A stretch of DNA of 64,000 nt from Flavobacteriales bacterium (GTDB taxonomy: Bacteria; Bacteroidota; Bacteroidia; Flavobacteriales_D; JAUILH01): the NCBI GenBank assembly GCA_964230025.1, contig CAXRFO010000018.1, positions 287,824 to 351,823 of the forward strand, read 5' to 3'. Below, piece after piece: positions 20,307 through 30,442 of the stretch. The notes below the pieces were generated by a model. It worked only from the letters and a program-made list of their open reading frames with translations. It was not told the DNA's origin and searched no databases. Made by a program: the position numbers and the translations under genes. How positions within the stretch are numbered: position 1 is the stretch's first letter; each line of letters begins with the position of its first letter.

Positions 20307-21257
20307 TTACTTTTTAAACATAGTCAAATCCGTGGTAAGCATGAACATGTTACCTGCAGGATCCGGAATCAAGAAATTACCTGGTAAGGATTGTCCTTGG
20401 AATTCCATTGCCTTAATTCCTTCAGCATATCCAGCTTCTTGAAGTGCTTTTAATGCCGCTTCATTTTCTTCAACGCCATGGCCACTATAGGTAAAGGTAA
20501 ACCCATGCCACATACCTTTTGTTTCATGTAAGCCAAGCACCAATAATCCATCGTACATATGCGTATATCTATACATACTTTGCTCAACACCATGTGTGTG
20601 AAAACCAAGTTCCTCCCAGAAAGCCATCGATTCATCAAGGCTCTCAACAGTAAGCGCCAATTCTTGGAACATACCCACAACTGGGTTAGGAAATTCAAGT
20701 TTCGTATTGATTGGGTCAGCCCACATAGCACCGGCATGTTTTAAATCACTGGATTCACTTGGGCTATTTGTTACAGTAAAGCTCATACTATCAGGAGAAT
20801 TGTATACCCTAAACCAGTCGGTACTCTCATCTTCCGGATTTGGGAAGCGCATCATTTCAGGGATATTCAATGCTGCAAGTTTTTCAAAAACTTCTTGTCC
20901 CTTGGAGCTGTAATAACCCGGAGCAAAATAGCTCATGGTATCTTCATTGATCATCAGCATGGTACTTCCATCCGAAAGAGCTGTCCATTTCCAGGGCTCT
21001 TCTCCCGTCATTTGCTCTTCCCATCCTAATATTTTGTAAAACTCAACCATTTTAGTGTGGTCGGTTGATCCCATTACAAAGTAGGCTGATTCACCTAGCA
21101 AGGGTTCAGGTATTTCATTCACCGTTTTTGAAGTATCTTCAACTTCTACTTTAGGCTTATCCTTATCATTGTTATCCGTGCTTTCTTTTTCTTCTTTTTG
21201 ACCGCATGAAACGAGAATTAAGATTCCAGCAGCTAGTAAGGGCAATTTATTTTTCAT
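20307..21257 (-). CDS. Lipoprotein with two VOC/glyoxalase-like domains
   Basis: Lipobox LILVSC; two repeats of the type EFYKILGW / AFWEELGF and LSDG / MYDG; terminal DPAGN. Confidence 0.7.
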   Translation of the reverse strand: MKNKLPLLAAGILILVSCGQKEEKESTDNNDKDKPKVEVEDTSKTVNEIPEPLLGESAYFVMGSTDHTKMVEFYKILGWEEQMTGEEPWKWTALSDGSTMLMINEDTMSYFAPGYYSSKGQEVFEKLAALNIPEMMRFPNPEDESTDWFRVYNSPDSMSFTVTNSPSESSDLKHAGAMWADPINTKLEFPNPVVGMFQELALTVESLDESMAFWEELGFHTHGVEQSMYRYTHMYDGLLVLGLHETKGMWHGFTFTYSGHGVEENEAALKALQEAGYAEGIKAMEFQGQSLPGNFLIPDPAGNMFMLTTDLTMFKK

Positions 21258-21349
21258 ACCTAGGGTTTTTAATAAAAACGAAAGTAAGGAATTTAGTTAT
21301 TACAGGACTTAATAAGCAGCACAGAGAATTTTATTTATATGCTTCAGAC

Positions 21350-21937
21350 CTACTTAAGGTTTTCTTCAAAATATAGTTTAGCTGCTTTATAATGCTCAAC
21401 CGGTATGGACAATTTAAAGTTACATTTGGCAGCAAAATCTTGCCCTGTTACAACAATTTCAAATTGGCGGACAGCTGCATCAACCAGAGAGGTTTGATCA
21501 TATTCAAAACTAATTTCGAGCTCCCTACTTATTTTCTTTTCAATAATTTGAGCCAATTCCAAAGCTTCCTTAGCAGAAGTTTTATAAGCTGAGATCAAGC
21601 CACCTACACCCAATTTTGTTCCTCCGTATATTCTAACAACGGCCACCAAACAGTCAGTAACATCAAAACTCAATAACTGCCCATGAATAGGCTTACCTGC
21701 AGAGCCGGAAGGCTCACCGTCATCATTCGCTCGATAATCCTCACCTCTTGCGCCCAGACGATAAGCATAGCAGACATGACAAGCGGATGGGTTTTCTTCC
21801 CATAAACGCTCGAGATGAGCTTTTATTTGGTCTTTATTAGTTACTGGAATAGCATGTGCCATAAAGCGGCTGCCTTTTTCCTTATACTCAGCGAAGGAAC
21901 TTTTTTCTATGGTTTTAAATGAAGTTATCTGACTCAT
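21350..21937 (-). CDS. yigZ: YigZ/IMPACT family protein
   Basis: KGSRF, HVCYAYR, DDGEPSGSAGKP, YGGTKLGVGGLISAY. ATG at 21937 overlaps the upstream stop (ATGA). Confidence 0.92.
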   Translation of the reverse strand: MSQITSFKTIEKSSFAEYKEKGSRFMAHAIPVTNKDQIKAHLERLWEENPSACHVCYAYRLGARGEDYRANDDGEPSGSAGKPIHGQLLSFDVTDCLVAVVRIYGGTKLGVGGLISAYKTSAKEALELAQIIEKKISRELEISFEYDQTSLVDAAVRQFEIVVTGQDFAAKCNFKLSIPVEHYKAAKLYFEENLK

Positions 21938-22794
21938 AAGCCAAGGCAGAGAATGGCCGCAATTCCTAATAATATTCCTATCCAATTACGTTGACTGAGC
22001 TTTTCGCGGAACAATATAATTCCTCCAATCGCGGTCATAATAATCACACTAAGATTGATAATGGGATAAATTTTACTGCTTTCCATTGCTCCGCTGCTAA
22101 GGGCACGTGCGAAATACAATAGGGTTAGATAATTTGGTATACCTAGCGCAAGACCACCCAAAAGCGACTTTACATTGAAACTGGCTTTCCCCTTCGTCTT
22201 AAGGAGTAAAAATATCAGCCCCAGCGTGGCTGCTACAAAGAATATAATGGAGAAATAAAGTGAATTATCTTGCCCTGGCACTATGCCTTTTTGCATGCTG
22301 TCGTTAAGAATAGCATCCGCAATTCCTTGCCCAACGAATATGAAAAGTATGAGCGGAAGGTACTTGAGCGGGAAAGAAATTCCTTTACTGCTTGTCGAGC
22401 TAAAGAAGATCCCTAATATCGCCAATAAGATCCCTAATATTTTCATTAAACCTATAGAGTCGCCGTAAAGCGCTACAGCAACTATCACTGGTATAACCAC
22501 CGACATTTTATTTGCTACGGTTGGAACAGTTAGTCCTACTTTCTGACTTGAAAAGGCCAGCATGTTAAATACTGTAACGAACATAAGTCCAATCCCTACC
22601 GCATGATAAAACCACGGCTGAGTGAAACTATCCTGAAGTCCTAAACTGCTGCCGGAGCTCATAAACCCTAAAATTCCAGCTACAAAATAATTAACAATTA
22701 TAGCTTGTTGGTTGTCAATTTTAAAAGTTGAAAAGCCCCTTAAAATAAGCAGCATGAAAGTAAAAAAAAGGGCTGCTAAGAATATATCAATCAT
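21934..22794 (-). CDS. DMT/EamA family transporter
   Basis: About 10 TM segments in two halves; NKMSVVIP, GIPNY, LFREKLS. Confidence 0.85.
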   Translation of the reverse strand: MIDIFLAALFFTFMLLILRGFSTFKIDNQQAIIVNYFVAGILGFMSSGSSLGLQDSFTQPWFYHAVGIGLMFVTVFNMLAFSSQKVGLTVPTVANKMSVVIPVIVAVALYGDSIGLMKILGILLAILGIFFSSTSSKGISFPLKYLPLILFIFVGQGIADAILNDSMQKGIVPGQDNSLYFSIIFFVAATLGLIFLLLKTKGKASFNVKSLLGGLALGIPNYLTLLYFARALSSGAMESSKIYPIINLSVIIMTAIGGIILFREKLSQRNWIGILLGIAAILCLGL

Positions 22795-23818
22795 TTCTGT
22801 AAATAGTGTAGGTATCAGCTTGCAAGTTTAAGCTTTTTAAGGCTTTTAGTCTTAGAAATGAAGGTCCTTTTATACCATCTTCAATGTTCACATCCCCTTC
22901 AAATAGGTGAATTTCATCCCATATTCCCTCATCTATATATGATTGGATCAGGCTAGCTCCTCCCTCTACCATAAGGTTTTGGATATTATTTTTCAGGCAA
23001 TAATCATTAATTGCATAAAGGGCATTACCGTCATATTTTACCCATTCTTTGTTGCCCAGTTTCTCTGTTTTTATACGATTAAAAACAACAGTTGGCTTTG
23101 AGTCAGACATCAATTTTAACTTATGGTTGAGTTTTAAATCACTGTCCAAAACCATTCTTATAGGTGACGGACCTTCAACTCTTCTCGTATCCAAAGATGG
23201 ATCATCTTTTTCAGCCGTCTTTCTCCCAATTAGAATCCCTTGATTTTCAGCTCTCAATTTATGAGCAAGCGTTTGAGAGAAACTATTCGTAATCCAAAAG
23301 ATTTCACCATCCTTCTGCTTTTTAGGGGCGATAAAACCATCCTTACTTTGTGCCCATTTTAAGCTGATGAAAGGTCGTTTTTTTTCAACCCATGTGAAAA
23401 AACGTCTATTTAAATCTTTACCCTCCGAACTCAAAATGCCTTTCTCAACTTCAATACCAGCCTTCTTTAATTTGGAAACACCTTCACCGTCGACCATTTC
23501 AAACGGGTCCTCATTACAAATAACAACACGCTTCACCTTATGACTTACTAATAAATCCGCACAAGGGGGAGTTTTTCCATGGTGAGCACAAGGTTCAAGG
23601 CTAACATAAACAGTAGCTTCATTAAGTAGCTCTTTGTTTTTTACGGCTTTAATGGCATTTACTTCCGCATGTGGCCCTCCATACTCTTGATGGTAGCCTT
23701 CACCAATAATTTTTCCATTGTGTACAATAACACATCCGACCAAAGGATTAGGGAAAGCCCCAGGTATACCCATTTTTGCTACCTCTAAGCAACGTTTTAT
23801 GTAAATCTCGTCCTGCAA
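22787..23818 (-). CDS. ribD: Bifunctional riboflavin deaminase/reductase RibD
   Basis: PNPLVGCVIV, HAEV, LEPCAHHGKTPPC, KWAQSKDG, VEGG. TTG start; no in-frame ATG upstream. Confidence 0.95.
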   Translation of the reverse strand: MQDEIYIKRCLEVAKMGIPGAFPNPLVGCVIVHNGKIIGEGYHQEYGGPHAEVNAIKAVKNKELLNEATVYVSLEPCAHHGKTPPCADLLVSHKVKRVVICNEDPFEMVDGEGVSKLKKAGIEVEKGILSSEGKDLNRRFFTWVEKKRPFISLKWAQSKDGFIAPKKQKDGEIFWITNSFSQTLAHKLRAENQGILIGRKTAEKDDPSLDTRRVEGPSPIRMVLDSDLKLNHKLKLMSDSKPTVVFNRIKTEKLGNKEWVKYDGNALYAINDYCLKNNIQNLMVEGGASLIQSYIDEGIWDEIHLFEGDVNIEDGIKGPSFLRLKALKSLNLQADTYTIYRND

Positions 23819-23829
23819 AATCAGTGCAT

Positions 23830-23861
23830 AAAAAAACAGTTCCTAAAGTTAGGAACTGTTT
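23830..23861 (-). terminator. Intrinsic terminator after trxB
   Basis: AAACAGTTCCTAA-AG-TTAGGAACTGTTT inverted repeat, followed by a T-run on the minus strand. Confidence 0.8.
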
Positions 23862-23880
23862 CAAACATTGTCAATTTATT

Positions 23881-24828
23881 TTAGTGCTCTTTGGCTGCTA
23901 AATATCTTTCTGCGTCCAAGGCTGCCATGCATCCTGTTCCGGCTGCGGTTACAGCTTGACGATAAGTTTTATCAGCTGCATCACCACTTACGAAAACTCC
24001 TTCTACATTGGTTAGAGATGTTCCAGGCTTTTCGTATTTAATGTATCCTGTTTCATCCATATTTATGTAAGGTTTAAATACATCAGTATTTGGCTTGTGA
24101 CCAATGGCAACAAAGAATCCAGTGCATGGTATGGTATACTCCTCATTATTAGCTTTGTCTATCACTCTAACTCCTTCTACTAAATCCTCTCCAAGAACCT
24201 CAAGTGTTTCGGTATGCATTTTAATATCAATGTTATCCACTTTTTTCACACGCTCTTCCATGATTTTTGAAGCTCGGAATTGATCACTTCTTACCAACAT
24301 GGTAACCTTCTTACAAAGGTTTGATAAATAGTGTGCTTCTTCACAAGCTGAGTCTCCAGCTCCCACAATTACTACCTCCTGATCTCTGTAGAAAAATCCG
24401 TCACAAACTGCACAAGCGGAAACACCGCCACCTTTTTGAAGTAATTTTTGCTCACTTTCTAATCCTAAATATTTAGCGCTAGCACCAGTGGAAATTATTA
24501 CGGTATCTGCATGAATTTCTTTGGTTTCATCTACCCAAACTTTATGTGGAGTGGCAGAGAAGTCTACCTTGGTTACCCATCCAGATCTAACATCCGTATT
24601 AAATCTTTCTGCTTGTTTTTGTAACTCAACCATCATTTCTGGTCCGGTAACTCCTTCAGGATATCCAGGGAAATTTTCTACCTCATTTGTTGTGGTTAAC
24701 TGACCTCCTGGTTGCATTCCTTGATAAAGCACTGGGCTTAAATTTGCTCTTGAAGCATATATTGCAGCTGTATAACCGGCAGGTCCACTACCAATTATAA
24801 GACATTTTACTTTTTCTATATCACTCAT
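23881..24828 (-). CDS. trxB: Thioredoxin-disulfide reductase
   Basis: IIGSGPAGYTAA, GGQL, CAVC, GAGDSA, YRQAVTAAGTG. Confidence 0.97.
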   Translation of the reverse strand: MSDIEKVKCLIIGSGPAGYTAAIYASRANLSPVLYQGMQPGGQLTTTNEVENFPGYPEGVTGPEMMVELQKQAERFNTDVRSGWVTKVDFSATPHKVWVDETKEIHADTVIISTGASAKYLGLESEQKLLQKGGGVSACAVCDGFFYRDQEVVIVGAGDSACEEAHYLSNLCKKVTMLVRSDQFRASKIMEERVKKVDNIDIKMHTETLEVLGEDLVEGVRVIDKANNEEYTIPCTGFFVAIGHKPNTDVFKPYINMDETGYIKYEKPGTSLTNVEGVFVSGDAADKTYRQAVTAAGTGCMAALDAERYLAAKEH

Positions 24829-24913
24829 TTTATTGTTTAATTATTGTGTAAAATTAGAACTTTATCCTGCTTAGCAAAGCAAAAGTAAAATCCAACTATT
24901 GTATTTCTAAATC

Positions 24914-25861
24914 CTATTGTGCGACGATTGTATCATATGTCACCGCATAGCCTGTCCAAACCCCTAAAGCTCCCCCTTCAATATTGGTTGGATTATTTGC
25001 AGGGGAGGAGAATGGATTCCCATTGTTTATAGCTTGAGTTTCTGCGAACTGATAGTACTCTGCGCTTTCATACGGAACGCTGCAAAACTTTATCACGATG
25101 GTATCTCCAATTCGAAAAAATCCTTCTCTGTCGTTCTCGTCGTCTCTATCAGAATCAGAGCGAGCAACCCCAAACTCAAAAGTTTCAGCATTAAAAAATT
25201 CATCGAAAAATGAAGCTCCAAAAGGAAGACCAAAATTAAAGTCTTTGGGAAAGCCGTCATCTGCTAGATTCAAACGTTTGTCATACCATCGGTATCCATT
25301 CCCTAGTGTATCTGGATCAGATAAAATAGCGTATACAAAACCATGAGGTAGGGAAGAGGCCTCTCCTTCAAACCATACGGAATCAAGTGGAACCCTGTTA
25401 GGTATTTTAGTCATTGAAGTATAGGTATTCCCTTCCGATTCTATTCTCAATGAATAATGCGTGTTTAATTGACCAAACATAGCCTGATTCAGGGTTGTAT
25501 AAGCGCATATGTTCGCAAAAGCTAGAGCCTCAACAGGCACCCCTAAAAACTGGGCGACTAAGGTATCTGTTCCCGGAGGTAATGAAGATGAACAAAATTC
25601 TTGTAACGTATCAGTTGTGGTTCCATCTGAAACGATAACAACTGCATCATGTACAAAGGAATTTTCGAATGAGTTGATATCCGTCTCACCAAAGAACGCC
25701 TGGCTTTTGGTTAATAAAACGATGGGAGGCAAACCTTCCTCAATTGTTCCATCTACGACCAACTTTGGTTCGTACTCCGGTAATTCTAAATCTATTTCTT
25801 TGGTGCAAGAGAAAACCGTCACACAAGCTAATAGGGCAATATATATCTGATTTAATCTCAT
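24914..25861 (-). CDS. DUF4249-type lipoprotein
   Basis: Lipobox VFSC, then EIDLELP...KLVVDG and C-terminal PTNIEGGALG; typical partner of the adjacent TonB-dependent receptor. Confidence 0.8.
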   Translation of the reverse strand: MRLNQIYIALLACVTVFSCTKEIDLELPEYEPKLVVDGTIEEGLPPIVLLTKSQAFFGETDINSFENSFVHDAVVIVSDGTTTDTLQEFCSSSLPPGTDTLVAQFLGVPVEALAFANICAYTTLNQAMFGQLNTHYSLRIESEGNTYTSMTKIPNRVPLDSVWFEGEASSLPHGFVYAILSDPDTLGNGYRWYDKRLNLADDGFPKDFNFGLPFGASFFDEFFNAETFEFGVARSDSDRDDENDREGFFRIGDTIVIKFCSVPYESAEYYQFAETQAINNGNPFSSPANNPTNIEGGALGVWTGYAVTYDTIVAQ

Positions 25862-25864
25862 TTT

Positions 25865-28267
25865 TTAAAATTTAAAGTTCCATGTTACAGCGGGCAAAAT
25901 TGGGAACAAGGTTACTTGTTTAGCTGTATTGGTAATTGTTCCAGCAGCCGCATCTCCATCCGTATCAATAAAAATCACGAAAGGATTTGCTCTATTGTAG
26001 GCATTATAGACAGAAATAGTAACACTTGATTGCAGCTTTTTCTTTACTTTTTTCTCTTTTCCAGTTTCCTCATCAATGATTGTTTTGAATTCATCTGCAT
26101 ACCACGTAGCTGATAAATCTGCACGATGATAATTTGGCATTTGGAAACTGTTTCTTGGACCATAATCAAAGGCCGTTTGACCATCAACCACATAATATCC
26201 AGCCGGCATAGTTATGTTATTTCCATTACCAAATACAAATGCGGCACCAAAGGTCCAATGCTCGTTTAGCTTATAGGTAGCCACAACGGATAAATCGTGG
26301 CGACGATCATATTTTGCGGGAAATGGATCACCATTATTAATTTCTTCAAAAATTCGCATAGTTTTCGACCATGTGTAGCCTACCCAGCCATTAAAATCAC
26401 CATAAGCTTTTTTGAAGAAAAACTCAGCTCCGTACGAATAGCCAGTACCAAAAACCAGATCAGCATCAACATTGTTGTTAATGTTATCGCTAGGCTCAGC
26501 ACCTTCGGCATACTCAATCAAATTGTTCATGTCTTTGTAATACAACTCAACTGAAAACTCGTAAAGATTTTTTTGGAAATTCTTGAAAAAGCCTATGGAA
26601 TATTGGGTGTTAATCTGAGGTTTTACAAGAGATGTTGATGGAAACCAAATATCAGTAGGCAAGGAAATGCCGGATATGGAAGCTAAATGAACGTACTGAT
26701 AGTTGTGAGATACCCCTGCTTTAATTGAAGCTGAGTCTGAAATTTTATAGCGCATGGCAAATCGGGGTTCATAACCAAAGTACTGTGCTACAACTTCACC
26801 CCGTTCATAGGGAGTTTCGCTTAAAACATTTCCAACTGCATCCTTCTCATATCTCGTAAACGGACCTAATTGTTGGAATAGAGACTGTCGGTATCCAACG
26901 TTCATCTTTATTCTGTCCGTCAATTTAAAGTCATCTAAAACGTAGGCCGATATTTCGTTAGCATAAATTTTCTTTTTACCACCCAAATCAAATTCAGTTT
27001 CACCCTGCTCAGCTGTAACAGAACTTGGTGTGAAAATGTGATAAATGTAATTGGCGCCAAATTTTACATTGTGATCCTCATTTGGATACCAGGTAAAATC
27101 TACTTTTCCATTTGCATCTCTAATCCCTGATTCCAGTCTCAAAGAAAAATCATCTTGGGTTGCTCCAAATGCAAAATCATAATCGGAATAAATAGCCGTA
27201 GCATTCATAAACAAACGATCCCCGAACAGGTGGTTCCATCTTAAAGAACCCGTAGCATTCCCCCATGGGACATTCATTTGAAAGCCCGCATCTGCACTAG
27301 CAAAATTGAATACATCACGACCAAAATAACCACTTGCGAACAGACGGTCTTTATCTGAAAATCGATAGTTAAGCTTGGCGTTTAAATCATAGAAATAATA
27401 ACCAGTCCCAAAAAAGGGAGAATCCTCCTTAATTAATGGCTTAGTTAAAACATCTATATAGGTTCTACGTCCCGAAAGAATAAACGAAGATGTGTCTTTC
27501 TTTATAGGGCCTTCCACTGTCAATCTAGATGAAATTAAACCTATTCCACCTGAGGCATGGTAATCTCTATAATCTCCATCTTTCATGTTTATATCCAAGA
27601 CGGAAGCAAGCCTACCACCATAATTTGCAGGCATAGTTCCCTTAATTATTTCCATGTTTTTAATTGCGTCTGCATTAAAAACCGAGAAAAAACCAAATAA
27701 ATGGGCTGCATTATAGACGGGAGCCTCATCTAAAAGAATTAAGTTTTGATCTGGACCTCCACCGCGGACGTAAAAACCAGAGTTACCTTCTCCTCCTGAC
27801 TGTACACCTGGCAGAAATTGAACTGTTTTAAGAACATCAACCTCACCCATGAAGGCTGGCAAAACCTTTACTTGTTCAATATCGAGATCCATACGCCCCA
27901 TATCGGTAGACTCTGTATTATCATTCGTACGCTCATCTCTCACCGTAAACTCAGCAAGCTCTTCACTTTCTTCTGGCTTCAATTCAATATTGAGGCGGAC
28001 ATCTTTATTTAAGGTGATTGTATCGATATATGGATCAAAAGTAGGATAGTTTACTCCAATGGTATAAGTACCTGAGTCAAGTGAAATACTGTAAAAACCG
28101 TATACATTCGTGCTTATTCCCGCTTTGGCTTCTTTGATGTAAATTGGGCAACTTATAAGCGACTCTCCCGTTTTACCGTCTTTAACGTACCCTGATAGTG
28201 TATACTTTGTCTGAGAAAAAGAGGGCAAGGCGCTCATAATCAAAGCAAAGAAGAGAAGATTTTTCAT
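25865..28267 (-). CDS. TonB-dependent receptor with carboxypeptidase-like N-terminal domain
   Basis: SGYVKD..TGESL, VRGGGPDQNLILLD, YGGRLASV, C-terminal WNFKF. Confidence 0.92.
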   Translation of the reverse strand: MKNLLFFALIMSALPSFSQTKYTLSGYVKDGKTGESLISCPIYIKEAKAGISTNVYGFYSISLDSGTYTIGVNYPTFDPYIDTITLNKDVRLNIELKPEESEELAEFTVRDERTNDNTESTDMGRMDLDIEQVKVLPAFMGEVDVLKTVQFLPGVQSGGEGNSGFYVRGGGPDQNLILLDEAPVYNAAHLFGFFSVFNADAIKNMEIIKGTMPANYGGRLASVLDINMKDGDYRDYHASGGIGLISSRLTVEGPIKKDTSSFILSGRRTYIDVLTKPLIKEDSPFFGTGYYFYDLNAKLNYRFSDKDRLFASGYFGRDVFNFASADAGFQMNVPWGNATGSLRWNHLFGDRLFMNATAIYSDYDFAFGATQDDFSLRLESGIRDANGKVDFTWYPNEDHNVKFGANYIYHIFTPSSVTAEQGETEFDLGGKKKIYANEISAYVLDDFKLTDRIKMNVGYRQSLFQQLGPFTRYEKDAVGNVLSETPYERGEVVAQYFGYEPRFAMRYKISDSASIKAGVSHNYQYVHLASISGISLPTDIWFPSTSLVKPQINTQYSIGFFKNFQKNLYEFSVELYYKDMNNLIEYAEGAEPSDNINNNVDADLVFGTGYSYGAEFFFKKAYGDFNGWVGYTWSKTMRIFEEINNGDPFPAKYDRRHDLSVVATYKLNEHWTFGAAFVFGNGNNITMPAGYYVVDGQTAFDYGPRNSFQMPNYHRADLSATWYADEFKTIIDEETGKEKKVKKKLQSSVTISVYNAYNRANPFVIFIDTDGDAAAGTITNTAKQVTLFPILPAVTWNFKF

Positions 28268-28360
28268 TCCAAAGAATTTTGTGCAAAGGTACTCTCTACA
28301 TGAGAAATAGAAAAGAATTAAATGTTAATTCTTTGCCAAAAAAAATCTTAAAAAATTACT

Positions 28361-28368
28361 TACTTTTG
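28361..28368 (+). promoter_or_regulatory. Bacteroidota -7 promoter element of tRNA-Pro
   Basis: TACTTTTG (TAnnTTTG consensus), ending 9 bp before the tRNA. Confidence 0.7.
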
Positions 28369-28377
28369 CTGCCCATT

Positions 28378-28450
28378 CGGGATGTAGCTCAGTTGGTAGA
28401 GTACACGTCTGGGGGGCGTGGGGTCGCTGGTTCAAGTCCAGTCATCCCGA
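28378..28450 (+). tRNA. tRNA-Pro (GGG)
   Basis: Acceptor stem CGGGATG/CATCCCG, D arm, anticodon arm CACGT-CT-GGG-GG-GCGTG (anticodon 28411-28413), T loop GGTTCAAGTCC. CCA is not encoded. Confidence 0.97.
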
Positions 28451-28454
28451 CTAT

Positions 28455-28479
28455 AGGCTTGCATTGGCAGGCCTTTTTT
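28455..28479 (+). terminator. Intrinsic terminator after tRNA-Pro
   Basis: AGGCTTGC-ATTG-GCAGGCCT followed by TTTTT. Confidence 0.8.
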
Positions 28480-28549
28480 GTTTGAAAGTAACATTTAGAA
28501 CCAGATGATTCCATATGGTTAGGATTCTTATTTTATTTTTACCAAAAAG

Positions 28550-29509
28550 GTGCTCAAGAAAAAAATAAAATATAAACTCTTACTCAACCGTTACAAGCTA
28601 AGAAATAAGCTCTCAATGGAAGTCAAATGGAAGGCTAGAAACCCCCTAATTTTGGTATTTCATGGAGTCGTATCTAACGATCCTTTAAAATATAACAGTC
28701 GCCACATTCAGATTGAATACTTCACTCGAATAATCAATTTTCTAGAAGAAAACGGTCAAATTATCTCTCTGCAATCCGCACTCGCAGGAAACTATAATCA
28801 GCAGGAGAAGAACTTTGTCTTGACTTTTGATGATGGATATTTAAGCAATTTCAAAAATGTAATCCCCTATTTAAAACAGCATAATATCCCTGCTTCCTTT
28901 TGCTACAATAATGTGAATTCAGAAAGCATGTTATGGCCAGATTTACTTGACTTAAGCATAGATGTGAAATCTGATTTTATCATTGATTTCAGCGGGGAGA
29001 AGCTTAATTTAAAGTCTGATATAGATAAAATTAGAAAGATATTCTTTAAAGCAGGAAAAGACGCACATGAAGATTTAAGAACACAACTAAATCCAATTGA
29101 AAAAGAAATAAAACATATACCTAAAACTGAAGAGTTCTGGAAACGGATGAGTTTAGAGCAACTAAAAGAAATTCATTCCAATGAATTATTTGAGTTGGTG
29201 CCTCATGGCCAACAACATGTTTCCTACAGAGAAACTCCAGATTCTTTTTGGAAAATGGACTTTAAAACACAATACGAACTCCACATACAAGAATTTGGAG
29301 AAACAAATTCTTTTGCTTTCCCATTTGCTTTTTGGAAAGAAGAAAATATTTCATACCTGCATGAGCATTACGGAATAGATAACTTTCTTGTCGTTGACCA
29401 ATCTAAATTCAAATACAAAAAGGTTAACATCTTACCCCGATTCAATGTACATCAGCACTTGAATTTCGATATTTTTAAACACTTCATAGCCCGCGGGAAT
29501 TTTGAATGA
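28550..29509 (+). CDS. Polysaccharide deacetylase (CE4/NodB-like)
   Basis: ILVFHGV, LTFDDGY, HGQQH, FAFPF, PR. Start uncertain (GTG 28550 or a later ATG). Confidence 0.82.
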   Translation: MLKKKIKYKLLLNRYKLRNKLSMEVKWKARNPLILVFHGVVSNDPLKYNSRHIQIEYFTRIINFLEENGQIISLQSALAGNYNQQEKNFVLTFDDGYLSNFKNVIPYLKQHNIPASFCYNNVNSESMLWPDLLDLSIDVKSDFIIDFSGEKLNLKSDIDKIRKIFFKAGKDAHEDLRTQLNPIEKEIKHIPKTEEFWKRMSLEQLKEIHSNELFELVPHGQQHVSYRETPDSFWKMDFKTQYELHIQEFGETNSFAFPFAFWKEENISYLHEHYGIDNFLVVDQSKFKYKKVNILPRFNVHQHLNFDIFKHFIARGNFE

Positions 29510-30441
29510 TTGACAAGATTAAAATAGAACCCCTAACTAGCGAAAGGATTAAGGATGTGCAATCGCTTATGCAGCTGTCATTGAATCGTTTTGTTCCTTT
29601 AAAGGTTCTAGAACATAAATACAATGGGAACCTTTATTGTGAGCATAAGCACATTGCTCTACTGGCCTATTTAGATGGCAAAGCAATAGGCTTTTATGGC
29701 ATCATTCCTATGGTATATGAGAGAAATAAGGAGCAGATTCTCGTAGGTCAAACATGTGATTCCTACACCCATCCTAAATATCAGGGAAGAGGCTTGCATA
29801 AAGTTTTGGCAGAAGAATCGTACCGTAGAATAGTCGCATTAGGGTTCAAGGGTGTATGGGCTTTACACAGTGAAAACACTTACCATAGCTGCAAAAAATT
29901 GGACTGGGAAGTAAACGATAATATTAAGCGATTTGAGATCAACGTTAAAGGATCAGGCTCATTTCGAATATATTCAAAATTCCATTTCCTGAGCAAATTT
30001 AAAAGTAAACGAATTGAGCGCTCACTTCAGTCATTCACTGAGTCGGATAATTTTCCCAGTGAAAGAATAGAAGGGCAAGATTGGTATCATTTTAACTCAG
30101 CTAAATACATAGCATATAAGAACAGCTTTTACTGCCGAATACTTAAAATTGGAGACTGTTTCGTTTGGATCAGATTCGATTATGCCCTTCATGTTGGTGC
30201 CATTTCAAATTTGACCGATGACAACGCTACGCTGGTCATAAATCAACTAAAGTCGCTTGCTAAAAGTATTGGTTCAAAAAAGATTATCATCCAGCTTAAT
30301 CCAAAGCACCCTGCATGCAAAATTCTTGAAAAAAGGGTTGAAGCTAAGGAGTCTTTCATTGTTGGCTATAAAAATTTTAGCTCCGATTTTGACATCAAAA
30401 ATCTGAATATAGAGTACATCCATATGGATGCCGTATTATAA
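29506..30441 (+). CDS. GNAT family N-acetyltransferase
   Basis: DSYTHPKYQGRGL acetyl-CoA motif; ATGA overlap with the deacetylase gene. Confidence 0.82.
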   Translation: MIDKIKIEPLTSERIKDVQSLMQLSLNRFVPLKVLEHKYNGNLYCEHKHIALLAYLDGKAIGFYGIIPMVYERNKEQILVGQTCDSYTHPKYQGRGLHKVLAEESYRRIVALGFKGVWALHSENTYHSCKKLDWEVNDNIKRFEINVKGSGSFRIYSKFHFLSKFKSKRIERSLQSFTESDNFPSERIEGQDWYHFNSAKYIAYKNSFYCRILKIGDCFVWIRFDYALHVGAISNLTDDNATLVINQLKSLAKSIGSKKIIIQLNPKHPACKILEKRVEAKESFIVGYKNFSSDFDIKNLNIEYIHMDAVL

Positions 30442-30442
30442 A

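Noticed and set aside
23819-23880. FMN riboswitch upstream of ribD
   Set aside because: Only 62 bp are available, occupied by a simple terminator hairpin; no RFN consensus.
28279-28485. 68-aa ORF in the track
   Set aside because: It overlaps tRNA-Pro and its terminator, so it is spurious.
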